Shown here in pieces: positions 47,504 to 57,148 of a stretch of DNA of 64,000 bases (position 1 is its first letter; each line of letters starts with the position of its first letter). The stretch is taken from assembly GCA_963763115.1 (NCBI GenBank), contig CAVXNM010000026.1:7055-71054 (forward strand). Direction: 5' to 3'. Source of the stretch: an uncultured Gammaproteobacteria bacterium. Lineage in GTDB: Bacteria > Pseudomonadota > Gammaproteobacteria > UBA9214. Position numbers and translations under genes: made by a program. Below the pieces are notes generated by a model that made no database searches, was not told where the DNA came from, and saw only the letters and a list, made by a program, of their open reading frames with translations.

Positions 47504-47782
47504 TCATACTTTTCCCACAACAGTGCTGGCTAAACGGCGGTCTGGCTGGGTGCGGCGGTCGTACTGTATCCAGTTCCCGTGGTCGTCGTAGAAGGGGATG
47601 TGCCTAGTTGTTGCCCGCTGGCGGCGGTCCGGCTGGACTCGGCGGTCCGGCTGAGCGTAGCGGTCTTGGGAGTGGACGTGGCGTTCTTGGATCTGGGTAA
47701 TCTTCGAGACTACGATACAGAGCATAAATCCAAAGGCACCACCCACTACTATCCCTACAATCCCTACTAGGGAATACAGCAT
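47504..47782 (-). CDS. small membrane-anchored protein with QPDRR repeats
   Basis: GGAGG Shine-Dalgarno before MLYSLVGIVGIVVGGAFGFMLCIVV (TM). The tail contains AQPDRRVQPDRRQ and TQPDRR. Confidence 0.45.
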   Translation of the reverse strand: MLYSLVGIVGIVVGGAFGFMLCIVVSKITQIQERHVHSQDRYAQPDRRVQPDRRQRATTRHIPFYDDHGNWIQYDRRTQPDRRLASTVVGKV

Positions 47783-48032
47783 TATCGGTTCCTCCAATGC
47801 CGCTAATGCAGCCATAGGTTCAACCCGTTCGGAGGGAAATGAAAGAGGTTTCTGAGGACTTTCTTACAATTCCCGCAGAATGTTAGCCCGCATTTCTCAC
47901 CGATAGAATTGAATAAGGCCGAGTTCCATGGCATAACATTGTGCGACCAAGTAGTTGCAGCCAAAGGAGTCAGCGGCCTTATGAAGGCAGAGTGTACTGC
48001 AAGTCAACTGGAATATCACGGCCTGGGATGGC

Positions 48033-48470
48033 GTGCGGTCGTGGGTCAGTTTTATGGTGACACGATTACGATTGGCTGTGAAAGCCAAGATTCCTGGTCG
48101 CCAGTTATTGAGTCAGATCGAAACGCTTGTGACTCCCGACATACTGCTTGCCTGGCATTGTATGCAGATTGCTAAGAAGTGGACCTATGCCAGGAAAGGG
48201 CCAGGTCGTCCCTGTGTCAGATAAGAGATCACCGATCTGGTGCTGCGCATGGCAAGGGAAAACGCCACTTGGGTGTGTGATCGAATACAGGGCGCACTGG
48301 CCAATATTGGCTACAATGTTGCACCGGACACGATCAAGAATATCTTGAAACGGCATGGCACAGAGCCGGCACCGGCGCGAGAGAAACGCACTTCGTGGAA
48401 GATGTTCTTGAAGGCGCATTGGGAGGTGATGGCTGCCACAGACTTTTTCACAGTTGGGGTCGTAGTGCTG
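48033..48470 (+). pseudogene. rve-family (IS481/IS3-like) transposase, N-terminal fragment with an in-frame stop
   Basis: TPDILLAWHCMQIAKKWTY..GPGRP, TAA at 48222, then EITDLVLRMARENATW..RIQGALANIGYNV...TSWKMFLKAHWEVMAATDFFTV. The catalytic core is missing. Confidence 0.6.
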
Positions 48471-48867
48471 CTGCTGATTATCAATCTCCTGCTGGGCTAT
48501 CGAAAACTCCTGAAAAAGGCGGACATCGAATGTCCCCCGCCCGATGAAAACCAGCGTAAGGGGAAACGGGGAACTTCAACGTCACGTAAGGTCCCGTTTG
48601 GCCCTCATCAGGCACTATCGCCCTTCTGCACTCCGAGGGGCGTTTTTTTTACACATCACGATAGGGATGGTTATCGCGTCATTTAGGTCCAGTAGTTGTT
48701 CGCCATACAATGACCACGAGATTTGGATTTCCATGGATTGAGATATCGACGACCGAAATGTCCTGACTTGCTGCAACTGAGACACGCTCAGTGATTCAGG
48801 GAACGGCAGGTTTGCACCCGTTGACAACCGACGGCCGTGACTGGAGCAGTATTAAAAGGAGGACGGG

Positions 48868-49220
48868 ATGGAAGAGCTCAGCCTAGTTGTCCGGATTAGC
48901 ATCCATAGTGGCCAGCTCGACGCATACAAAGAGTTAGCCAGGAAGTGCCTTATCAGCGTACACGAAAAAGACAAGGGTACTCTGCAATATGACTTGTACT
49001 TCAACAAGGACTACACCGATGCGTGGTGCTAGAGCGATTCAATGACTCAGATGCTGTACTGAAACACACGGCAAATCTCGGTGACGCCTTAGCAGAGCTT
49101 TCGTCGGTGAGCGACTTTTCGATAGAGGTTTATGGTACTCCTTTAACAGAGCTTCTCAAGACGGCGGAAGCAATTGATGCTCCAGTCTATAGCTACTTTC
49201 TTGGGACATCGAGCCCATGA
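48868..49220 (+). pseudogene. ABM/Dabb-type (antibiotic biosynthesis monooxygenase-like) protein, frameshifted
   Basis: GGAGGA Shine-Dalgarno. MEELSLVVRISIHSGQLDAYKELARK...GTLQYDLYF, then VVLERFNDSDAVLKHTANLG in another frame. Confidence 0.5.
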
Positions 49221-49693
49221 ACGAAGGGCTGCCTGACTCCGGCTTGGAGCGGACGGCGCGGGTTTCATTTACGAGGCGCCGCCGCTCAAGCCGCTGTTAC
49301 GAAGGACCGGAGTTGCTGCATTCGAGGTGGCGCGATCAGTCTTCGATCTGGGTGCTCCGGCCGTCGAACGCGGGACGTTCTTCCAGGGACGCGGGATTAG
49401 CGCGGACAGCTATCGAACCACAGGCGGGCCGCCGTTGGCCTGAGGTCTGGGTGCGTCGGATTTGGTTTGTAGCACTCAGGGCCAGTGGCCGGTGGAGGCA
49501 CTCCAGAGAGGGAGGATGTAGACCGTAGTCCTCGGTCCTCAGTGCCAGGACGCAGGATAACCGTGTGCGAATGGAAACCAGCCTCACCACCCTGGAGCGC
49601 TTTGTACCTGGCTAGAGGGCGATCCACTTATGCCGCCAAACCATTGATACGCTGGGCCAGCAACCCTTGCATTCCTACAGCGCGCGATGCGGG

Positions 49694-50962
49694 TTAGTCA
49701 GACCGCAAATCTTGCAGCCTGTTGCGGAGCATCCCGATGTGCAGCCGCAGGTTGTAGAGCTCGTCGCTGTAGGACAGGGGGACCCTGACTTTCCGGACAT
49801 CCTCTTCGATAGTATCCAGCCGCTGCAGCAGTTCCGCTAGCTGCGCAGCAGTGGCCTCTTCCGGATGCCGGATGTCGATTGCGTGGAGTTGGTGGTACCA
49901 GCGGTAGATCTTCCTGCGCACCTGCCAGCGATAGGTGGGCGGCATGATCTTGATCAGCGGCACCAGAATGGTCAGCAGCGGCACCAGCATGATCTTCATT
50001 CGATCGACCAGGTTGGCCGTCCAGAAGGGCAGGTAGCGCTGCAACAGGGGTGGCCCGTGCCGGTAGAAGCGGCGCGCGTCCTCGTCCAGCGGGAAATCCA
50101 CATGCTTTGCGTTCGGAAACTCGCCCGGTTTCTCGAACAGGCCGCCACCGCCGTGCACCCTGGTGGCGGCCTGCAACAGCAGGCTGACCAGTGCCGGATG
50201 AAAGTCATCGCGGGCTATCAAATTGGCCGCGGATGCCAGCAGGGTGACATCCTGTGGTGGTATGTTTGCCTGCAGGTCGATGACGCCTTCGGGCAGGGTA
50301 ATGGCGGCGAGTGCATGATTTCGGTCGGTATATGCCGCGGCGCGGGTAAATGACATCAGGCGGATCGTTTTATCGTGCAGCAGTTCCTGAATCAGCGGCG
50401 AACGGGGCGAGGCGACGAAAAAGGCGGCATCCGCAGCGTCCTGTCGTAGTGCCTGGGCGGCCGCTTTGTCGCCCAGTACCTGGAGGTTGCCTGCAGGGCT
50501 ATCGATGCGGTTATCTGCCAGCAGGGCAAGTGCCAGGGCGCGGGTTCCGCTGCCCGTCGCGCCCGTTGCCAGGCGCCTGCCCTGAAAATCTGTCAGTCTG
50601 CGCGCCTGTTCCGGGTGACGGTAGAACACCCATAGCGGCTCGTAGTACAGGCTTCCCAGGGCGGTGATATCGCCGTCAGCGGCACTGATGCCCGAGCCTC
50701 CCTGGAAAAAGGCAAGGTCGACTTCACCGGCCTCCAGCAACTGGAGGTTTTCCAGGCTACCGGCTGTCCTGCGGATCTCCAGGGTTATCGCATCTTCCGC
50801 CAGTATCTCCCGGTAGCGTTCGGCAAACAGGTAATAGGCACCGTCTGCCTGACCGCTCGCAATGGTGATCGTGTGTGATGGCGCCGGATTGACGAACTGC
50901 CAGGCGACGAGGAAACCGATGAGGGTGATGGCAATGGCCGGGCCGAATGTTTTCAGGCGCAT
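49694..50962 (-). CDS. TAXI-family TRAP-type solute-binding protein with a C-terminal TM helix and coiled-coil tail; no permease gene adjacent
   Basis: GGAGG Shine-Dalgarno before MRLKTFGPAIAITLIGF. ITIASGQADGAYYLFAERY...LENLQLLEAGEVDLAFFQGG is typical TAXI. The C-terminus has MKIMLVPLLTILVPLIKIM plus a charged helical tail. Confidence 0.7.
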   Translation of the reverse strand: MRLKTFGPAIAITLIGFLVAWQFVNPAPSHTITIASGQADGAYYLFAERYREILAEDAITLEIRRTAGSLENLQLLEAGEVDLAFFQGGSGISAADGDITALGSLYYEPLWVFYRHPEQARRLTDFQGRRLATGATGSGTRALALALLADNRIDSPAGNLQVLGDKAAAQALRQDAADAAFFVASPRSPLIQELLHDKTIRLMSFTRAAAYTDRNHALAAITLPEGVIDLQANIPPQDVTLLASAANLIARDDFHPALVSLLLQAATRVHGGGGLFEKPGEFPNAKHVDFPLDEDARRFYRHGPPLLQRYLPFWTANLVDRMKIMLVPLLTILVPLIKIMPPTYRWQVRRKIYRWYHQLHAIDIRHPEEATAAQLAELLQRLDTIEEDVRKVRVPLSYSDELYNLRLHIGMLRNRLQDLRSD

Positions 50963-51159
50963 ATCGTTAGTATCCTCCGTTTGTCCGCTTCCGGCAGGGG
51001 ACGCGCTGCCACGTTGTGTCCTGTGCTTCGAGCGCAGGTCGCTGCTCGTTTTTGCCGATATGTCGAGTGACTGTGATCGAGTGCAGGAATATCCTGATTG
51101 TAGCGGGGAAAAGAACCAGTGGCCCGGCAGTCTCGGTAAAACGGCTTTCACTCACGCCG

Positions 51160-51330
51160 AACGACAACATCCGCTACGACGTGAACCCCCGCAGGACGGG
51201 ATCATCTCGCCTGTGCTCGCAAACCTCTATCTGCATCACTGCAGGACCTGTGGTTCGAACGCGTGGTCAGGCCGCAGTGCCGGGGCGAGGAGTGTGATTC
51301 TGCGATCTGATGGTGAAGTGAAGGGGTTGC
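51160..51330 (+). pseudogene. reverse transcriptase remnant (group II intron/retron-type, motifs 4-5 only), frameshifted
   Basis: PQDGIISPVLANLYLHH, then in another frame LQDLWFERVVRPQCRGE, then a decayed YADDF-like LRSDGEV. Confidence 0.6.
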
Positions 51331-51445
51331 GTGAATTTGTCGGGAATTAGCTGTGCACCGTAGTGCACAGGTATACAAAGTCCCGCAACGGACGTCCTGG
51401 ATAGGATAATTATAACAATAACTTACGATATTATGGCGGACTCCC

Positions 51446-51562
51446 TAATGCTGGGGTCGGTGGTTCAAGTCCACCCGTAGCCACCATTCATATTCAGCGA
51501 CTTATGTAACCGGTCCTGTGCCGGTTTTTTCGTTGGAAGTGTGGGGTAAGTATGAAGGGTCT
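51446..51562 (+). repeat. tRNA-Met 3'-half module, copy 4
   Basis: TAATGCTGGGG...CGTAGCCACCA, terminator AACCGGTCCTGTGCCGGTTTTTT, then GTGTGGGGTAAGTATGAAGGGT. Confidence 0.85.
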
Positions 51563-51584
51563 GTTGGGATAATCCCTCTACCTT

Positions 51585-53357
51585 TCAAGGCTCGAAGGAC
51601 ATTAAAACTTGTTCGTTTGCATCATCGCCATGATATACAGTGAAGCCATGATTCAGTAGGTTGGCCTTCAAGGTTGCGGTGGCTTTTGGGTGCCGCCAAC
51701 ATATTTCTAATAGGTGGGGATCGGTCTCGGAGACTTCCATCTCACCAGTGAATGCCGGTGAGACGTTACGCAGGCGGATCAGGTCGATCTGGTCACGTAC
51801 GACAGGGCGTTCCAGTCCGGACTCTATGTCTATTATCTTCAGGGTGGTGCGGTTGATTTCCTTGTGTCCTGCAGTACGTCCCCTATGTGCCGCCGCATAA
51901 TCATTGATGCCGGCAAACAGATCAAGATACCACACCTGCGGGAGACCTGGCATGAACATCTGGATTGCCCGGGCCAGGCGCAGCTTGTTCTCATCCTCCC
52001 CCAGGGCGCTGAAGAAAGTCGCATTGACTTGGTAGTAGTCGATCTTCTTGCCATCAGCATTGTACAGGTTCTTGGTCATGCCACCCCTTTGTATAAGGCG
52101 CGCAATGGTGGCATCGATCAACTCGTCGCTCAACAGGCCTGGCCGGTAGGTACCATTGACGTTCTTGCCACGCAAATCGGGCACCGGGATCCCGTCATGA
52201 CAGCCGAGCATATTGATAGTCTGCAATCCTTTGGACTGAATATCGGCAATCCATCGCAGCAGTGCCTCATTGCTGCCCCTGTCCAGGGCGTCTATGACGA
52301 GCCCGGGAAAGAAGAAATCGTATACGGGATAGCCCTCCTGCGCGATTTCTTCGTGGATACCGGCACCGTACTCAGCATGGATCTCGGGAAATACGGTCAG
52401 GTCATATTTTTTTGCAATGTCCCGCAGACGCTTCAGGTAATCCCAGGTTCCGGGCCGGTTAAAGAAATTGGACTGGCCTGGCTCTTTGTGCAGGTATGCA
52501 AATGCGTCCAGGCGAATAATTTTTGCACCATACTCGCTGAGTTTGCGAAGTGTTTGATCGTAGAACTGCCATACGAGATCCGAACGGGCATTGAGGTCCA
52601 TCTGACCCAGAAATTCACGCTTGTGGCAGAGGGCCGCGATCAAGTCTTCCTTGCTCAATCCGCCATTGCACTGAGCTAATACCTGCATGTCTACGGATTC
52701 CAGTATTCCTTTATTCTCAATGATCACCTTGATGCGCTGGGCGATGTTCATGGCCGCGTGCGGGTCCAGATCCTTTATGTCTTTAAAATCCTCGGCTGTT
52801 ATCTCTTCGAAGTCCACCTTTTGATAAAAGGTATTCCAGTACGAATGAAGGGAGCCATCCGGGAATCGAATTTTCAGGATCGGAAGTTCCGGCTTTCTCA
52901 TGAACAACTTGTCCAGATGCTCTTTGTGGGGAACGACATGATCATGCACACCCATAGTGCCATGCTCTTTCCAGAACTCGTTCCAGTCGATGAAAAAATC
53001 CCGGTAGATTGACTCGTTTCCGTTTTTCAGCAGGTCCACGAATTGTGGCGAGCGCACCGACAGATGATTGAGCACCATGTCGAGCTTGACCTGGATACCA
53101 AGCTTGTCGAGATCATCCAGATCATCCGGACTCACAAGCTCTTCGTTGATGTCGTAATCGATGATGGAGAAGCCGCGGTCCAGGTCGCTATGGAAAAAGG
53201 TGGGAAGAATGTAAAACTGTGAAAAGGCATCCTTGAGTTCGGGCCTCTTAAGGAAATCCACGGTGTCTGACAGTCTTTTACCAATGCTGTCAGGATAGGC
53301 GTTAAACATCACCCCTCTGGGAAGAGTTTGTGCCTTGCATTCTGAATCATTGTTCAT
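51585..53357 (-). CDS. GH13_18-type sugar phosphorylase (sucrose phosphorylase-like)
   Basis: 590 aa. ILPTFFHSDLDRGFSIIDY, DMVLNHLS, IIRLDAFAYL (nucleophile Asp region), FPEIH (acid/base Glu) and GCHDGIP. AT-richer than its surroundings. Confidence 0.8.
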   Translation of the reverse strand: MNNDSECKAQTLPRGVMFNAYPDSIGKRLSDTVDFLKRPELKDAFSQFYILPTFFHSDLDRGFSIIDYDINEELVSPDDLDDLDKLGIQVKLDMVLNHLSVRSPQFVDLLKNGNESIYRDFFIDWNEFWKEHGTMGVHDHVVPHKEHLDKLFMRKPELPILKIRFPDGSLHSYWNTFYQKVDFEEITAEDFKDIKDLDPHAAMNIAQRIKVIIENKGILESVDMQVLAQCNGGLSKEDLIAALCHKREFLGQMDLNARSDLVWQFYDQTLRKLSEYGAKIIRLDAFAYLHKEPGQSNFFNRPGTWDYLKRLRDIAKKYDLTVFPEIHAEYGAGIHEEIAQEGYPVYDFFFPGLVIDALDRGSNEALLRWIADIQSKGLQTINMLGCHDGIPVPDLRGKNVNGTYRPGLLSDELIDATIARLIQRGGMTKNLYNADGKKIDYYQVNATFFSALGEDENKLRLARAIQMFMPGLPQVWYLDLFAGINDYAAAHRGRTAGHKEINRTTLKIIDIESGLERPVVRDQIDLIRLRNVSPAFTGEMEVSETDPHLLEICWRHPKATATLKANLLNHGFTVYHGDDANEQVLMSFEP

Positions 53358-54241
53358 AACATACCCTTCACATTTGTATCACTATTCAGATATGTTCACA
53401 GCCTTCATAACAAGTGGATGTCTCAGTGGAAATATTTTAATAGATAAAGCATAAGTAATTGATAGCAAAGCCTAAAATAGATTTCAAGTGGAACAGGCTG
53501 ATAACGCTTGTCATTTTTTGAGAAATGTTCAGTGCTAGTTTGTAATCCCAGTCTTCCCATACAGGGGAAATCGGGCGTATTTCAGGCGATCTTTAATTCA
53601 TTCACATAATATTCTGAAGGAATGTCGTAACCTGTTACGCGTATAAGTCCTCCAAATGATCACATCCTAATATGCTGTTTGGTTGCGAGTAATAATTGCT
53701 TACAGTTCAATGACATTATGGAGTCACATCGAGATGTAAAGAGGTGATTCGGGTGGTTCAGGACATGGGTTGGTATTTTCTAGCCCAGCGATTACAAATA
53801 GATAAAGCTTGGAAGTGCGCTTTGATCGTCGTGGAATCGACGAAGATACCCATGGGGATGTATTGGTGGCCCGACTGGCGATCTAACTTCTCGAGTTCAG
53901 TCTCGCCCTTTTAAGGAATCAAAGAACCCCTGAGTTTGCTGCATACAGGGACGAACAGCGGGACTCTGTTTTGTGTTGGTAATTGTACTGGTCCTCTTCA
54001 AAATCATTTGATTGAGAGTTCCCATGAAGACATTCATTTTTCACATCATTGATAGCATATGGAACCGCAAGATTCTCACGCATTCTAACTGCATATTCCA
54101 ATGTAATTTAAGGAAAAACACACATGCAGTCTCACTTGTTGTAAGCGATGATTATTGGTCAATGAAAGCCGACAACCATTGTAATCAGAAGGTCCTCCTC
54201 CATTCAGTCCTTCCCAGAGATAAACATTAGCACATCTCACG

Positions 54242-54286
54242 TCCACATCACGTACTACCCCCTATGCGGGTAGTGCGTGATGTGGA
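54242..54286. repeat. 19-bp inverted repeat hairpin downstream of hupE
   Basis: TCCACATCACGTACTACCC-cctatgc-GGGTAGTGCGTGATGTGGA (one G-T pair). No T-run follows. Confidence 0.6.
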
Positions 54287-54364
54287 TCCGTAAGAATCAT
54301 CGGGATTCAATTATTGCGGACGACAGCCCTGACCCGATTGCTCCCGGAGACGATGCGCCGCCAC

Positions 54365-54967
54365 TCATGCAATGCAAAGGAAGATGCCCAATGTCGTAAT
54401 TGCCCCTCCAGCGTAGCGAATAACGCGAGGTCGGGCCAGTTTTTGCGCCAACAAGCCAACTCCGATGCCGCTGCAGTGCAACAACCCCGTGGCCAGTACA
54501 AAACCTATACCATAGGCTGCTCCGGCCACCGTCTCAGGCATCTCGGCCCCATGAGCATGGCCGTGAAAGAGGGCGAAAAGTCCCACGAGAAGACTGCTCG
54601 CCGTGAGAGGCAACCGTATTGCAGCGGCGATCAGCACTCCGAGCACGAGCACTGACGCCAGAATGCCGGGTTCGACGAATGGCAGGGGAAAACCTACAGC
54701 ACCAAGTAGACCGCCGACTGTCATGACCGTGACGAATGTGACCGGAACGACCCAAACAGCGCGGCCGCCGCGTTGTGCGGCCCAGAGGCCGACCGCCACC
54801 ATCGCCGCGACGTGATCCAGACCGGTAAGCGGATGAATTAGGCCATGCACCAGGCCACTCGTCTCTCCCACCCCAACGTGTGCCTGCACCAATGAAGGTG
54901 CCAGGCACATTGCGAGCATCCAGACTATCCACCGAATTGCTGATGCCGTTCTCATGAAATGGTTCAT
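54365..54967 (-). CDS. hupE: HupE/UreJ family Ni/Co transporter-like membrane protein
   Basis: HVGVGETSGLVHGLIHPLTGLDHVAAMVAVGLW and FHGHAHGAEMP signatures. AGGAGG Shine-Dalgarno upstream. Confidence 0.85.
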   Translation of the reverse strand: MNHFMRTASAIRWIVWMLAMCLAPSLVQAHVGVGETSGLVHGLIHPLTGLDHVAAMVAVGLWAAQRGGRAVWVVPVTFVTVMTVGGLLGAVGFPLPFVEPGILASVLVLGVLIAAAIRLPLTASSLLVGLFALFHGHAHGAEMPETVAGAAYGIGFVLATGLLHCSGIGVGLLAQKLARPRVIRYAGGAITTLGIFLCIA

Positions 54968-55567
54968 TACTCCTCCTAATACTGTATTCACTGATGAGAT
55001 GTAATTGATACATGTAATACCGCCAATGATTGGTACTACCGTATTATAGTTGGTAGCTCCAGAAATAGTGCTGTCATATCGTCAGGTCATTAGGTCTTGG
55101 TACAGGGATTCTACGCTCACCATGCTGTTTCCGCCAACCTCACCTCTCTGCTTTAACTGCTTATCGGCACCGCCTCACACGCTATTAGCTGCGTGCGCTT
55201 CAGCATCGTAGCCAATGCGATCGCATGTCGCGGGAATGGACTATGCAGTTGGCGGATAGGTGCCCCCCAAATCCAAATATTCTGCGCCCGTGGCCAGAAC
55301 ATCACCCACCCGAGATAGAAGACTTGTGCACGAAAGGTGCTTGTGGGGATCTGTGCGGGGGGCGAGGAGCAATACCCTCTGCACAGATCCAAACTGTTCC
55401 TAGGCAATCACAATTAAGAATTTCAGAAACGTGTACGCCACTGTATCGTTGCCGGTGTGCTACTGCTCGTTGTGGTGTTCTTTCTGGCGAAGTAGTGTCA
55501 CTTCGGTCGCAAATAATTTGTATTAGGTTCCAGATATTGGAACAATCATGTTCAACCATCAACCTTG

Positions 55568-57100
55568 ATGGAGAGTCTTTATAAGAAGGATACTCGCATT
55601 ATTATCCATCTTGCTGTTCATCCCACTGATGGGCTACTCGCCGCCAAGCGTCTTCATTCCGAGATGGCGGGTCATAATGCTGCCGGCGTGAGCTGACAGA
55701 TTCCTCTCGAGGATTTCTTCAGGAATCCCGAGCAATGCCGCTTCGGTTTGTCTCTGGACGTGAAGCATCTGTCGATGATGAGGCCTTGGAAGGATCAGAT
55801 GAATGTGTTCATCCAGGATCTGTCCGGAGATCGCCTGCAAGCGGGAGAGTCCAAACAGCTGACCTTCGTGAAGGATCGTGACATCTCGGGTTACGCGTGG
55901 AAAGGAAATCACACGATTCCTTATGCAAGGGATTTCAACGGGGACGAGAATTTCCATGTCTTGCGGTCGACATTCTTACGGGAGAAGAGCGGGATCTCAT
56001 CCCCTTTGAAAAGGTGCGTGCAGAGGTAATCGATGATCTCGAAGACGTGAGCGACACGGACGTGCTTATCCAGATGAATCGAAGCAATCCCGAGCTTTTC
56101 GACGTGTATCGGCTCAATGTCCAAAGCGGCGAGTTGAAGATGGTGGCCAAGAACCCCGGCAAAGTCGAAAGCTGGGGCACGAACCATACCTGAGAAGTCC
56201 GGATTTCCACCCGGAACACCGAAAGCGATCCGTTCAAGGAAGCGCTGGTATTCGATTACAAGAGCAACTTCGATCCGCTCTTCTTCAGTTTTGATAACGA
56301 GCTGTTCTATGGTTCCTCCGATTTGGCCGTGATAAGAGCGCCATCGTGGCGATCGACCCCGACACCGGAAAGGAGTTGCAGACTCTCTACCGGCGTGATG
56401 TCGTAGACGTGTAGGGTTTGAGCTACTCAAGGAAAAGAAAGGTGATCACAGCCGCTTCTTTCTTGACTTCGAAGCCCGAGTTCAAGTTCTTCTATCCTGT
56501 TTCGAAGAAACGCTACCAGCGGATCAAGAAGGAACTCGGGAATTACCAGATCTTCTACTCGGGATACGACAAGAACGAAGATCTATTCACGGTGTTCGCC
56601 ACTAGCGACAAATCGAGGAGTCATTACTATCTTTACGATGCGATCAAGGATCGCCTGACATTTCTTGTCGACGTATCCCCCTGGCTGAAGTCCGATCAGC
56701 TCGCTTCGATGAAACCGTGGAGTATCAGTCCCGGGATGGTCTAACGATTCACGGCTATTTGACTTTGCCTCGCGGCTCCAACGGTCAGAATGTTACGGTC
56801 CAGACAGTGAACCACAGATTCGATGGGCCAGGACACCCGTACTGCAACGAGCAACACAAGATTCTCCTCTACCGGTCGCATTGGTAGTGCGATAATTCAT
56901 GGCGAGTGCAATCATGTGCGGATTATCAATGCCTGCCGGGGGGGCGGATCGCGGGGATTCAGCGATGGGAGGCGTGTGTGATGGCCGATACCCGGCCCGA
57001 ATGGATTCTCCCGGGCTGCGTGGGTTATTCTTCCTGTACGACAGGAGTGAAGACGGGTTAATTTCCCCCGGTTTGACTAAAACTCCGACCCGGTTCACCC
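55568..57100 (+). pseudogene. S9-family (prolyl oligopeptidase/dipeptidyl peptidase-like) serine peptidase, many frameshifts
   Basis: IPLEDFFRNPE, NVFIQDLSG, RDISGYAWKGNHTI.YARDFNGDENFH and NRSNPELFDVYRLNVQSGELKMVAKNPG are spread over all three frames. The catalytic alpha/beta domain is largely unrecognisable. Confidence 0.6.
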
Positions 57101-57148
57101 TTTAACGAGAGTGTAACCAAGCCCATTTTTTCCGGGGGGAACCGAAGC

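Noticed and set aside
49221-49693. A 470-bp GC-rich stretch with overlapping 70-100-aa ORFs on both strands and a faint LysR-like N-terminal HTH in shifted frames.
   Set aside because: No frame gives a convincing protein, and the putative LysR start would run into the convergent ABM-like gene. It is probably decayed sequence, so I made no call.
55000-55150. A possible cobalamin or NiCo riboswitch in the leader of hupE (minus strand contains GGAAACAGCATGGTGAGCGTAGAATCC).
   Set aside because: Only a partial resemblance to the GGGAA..GGTG..AATCC region. The B12 box (…CCCGC.ACTGT… / AG.CAG.A.ACC.GCC) is not recognisable. This needs a covariance-model scan.
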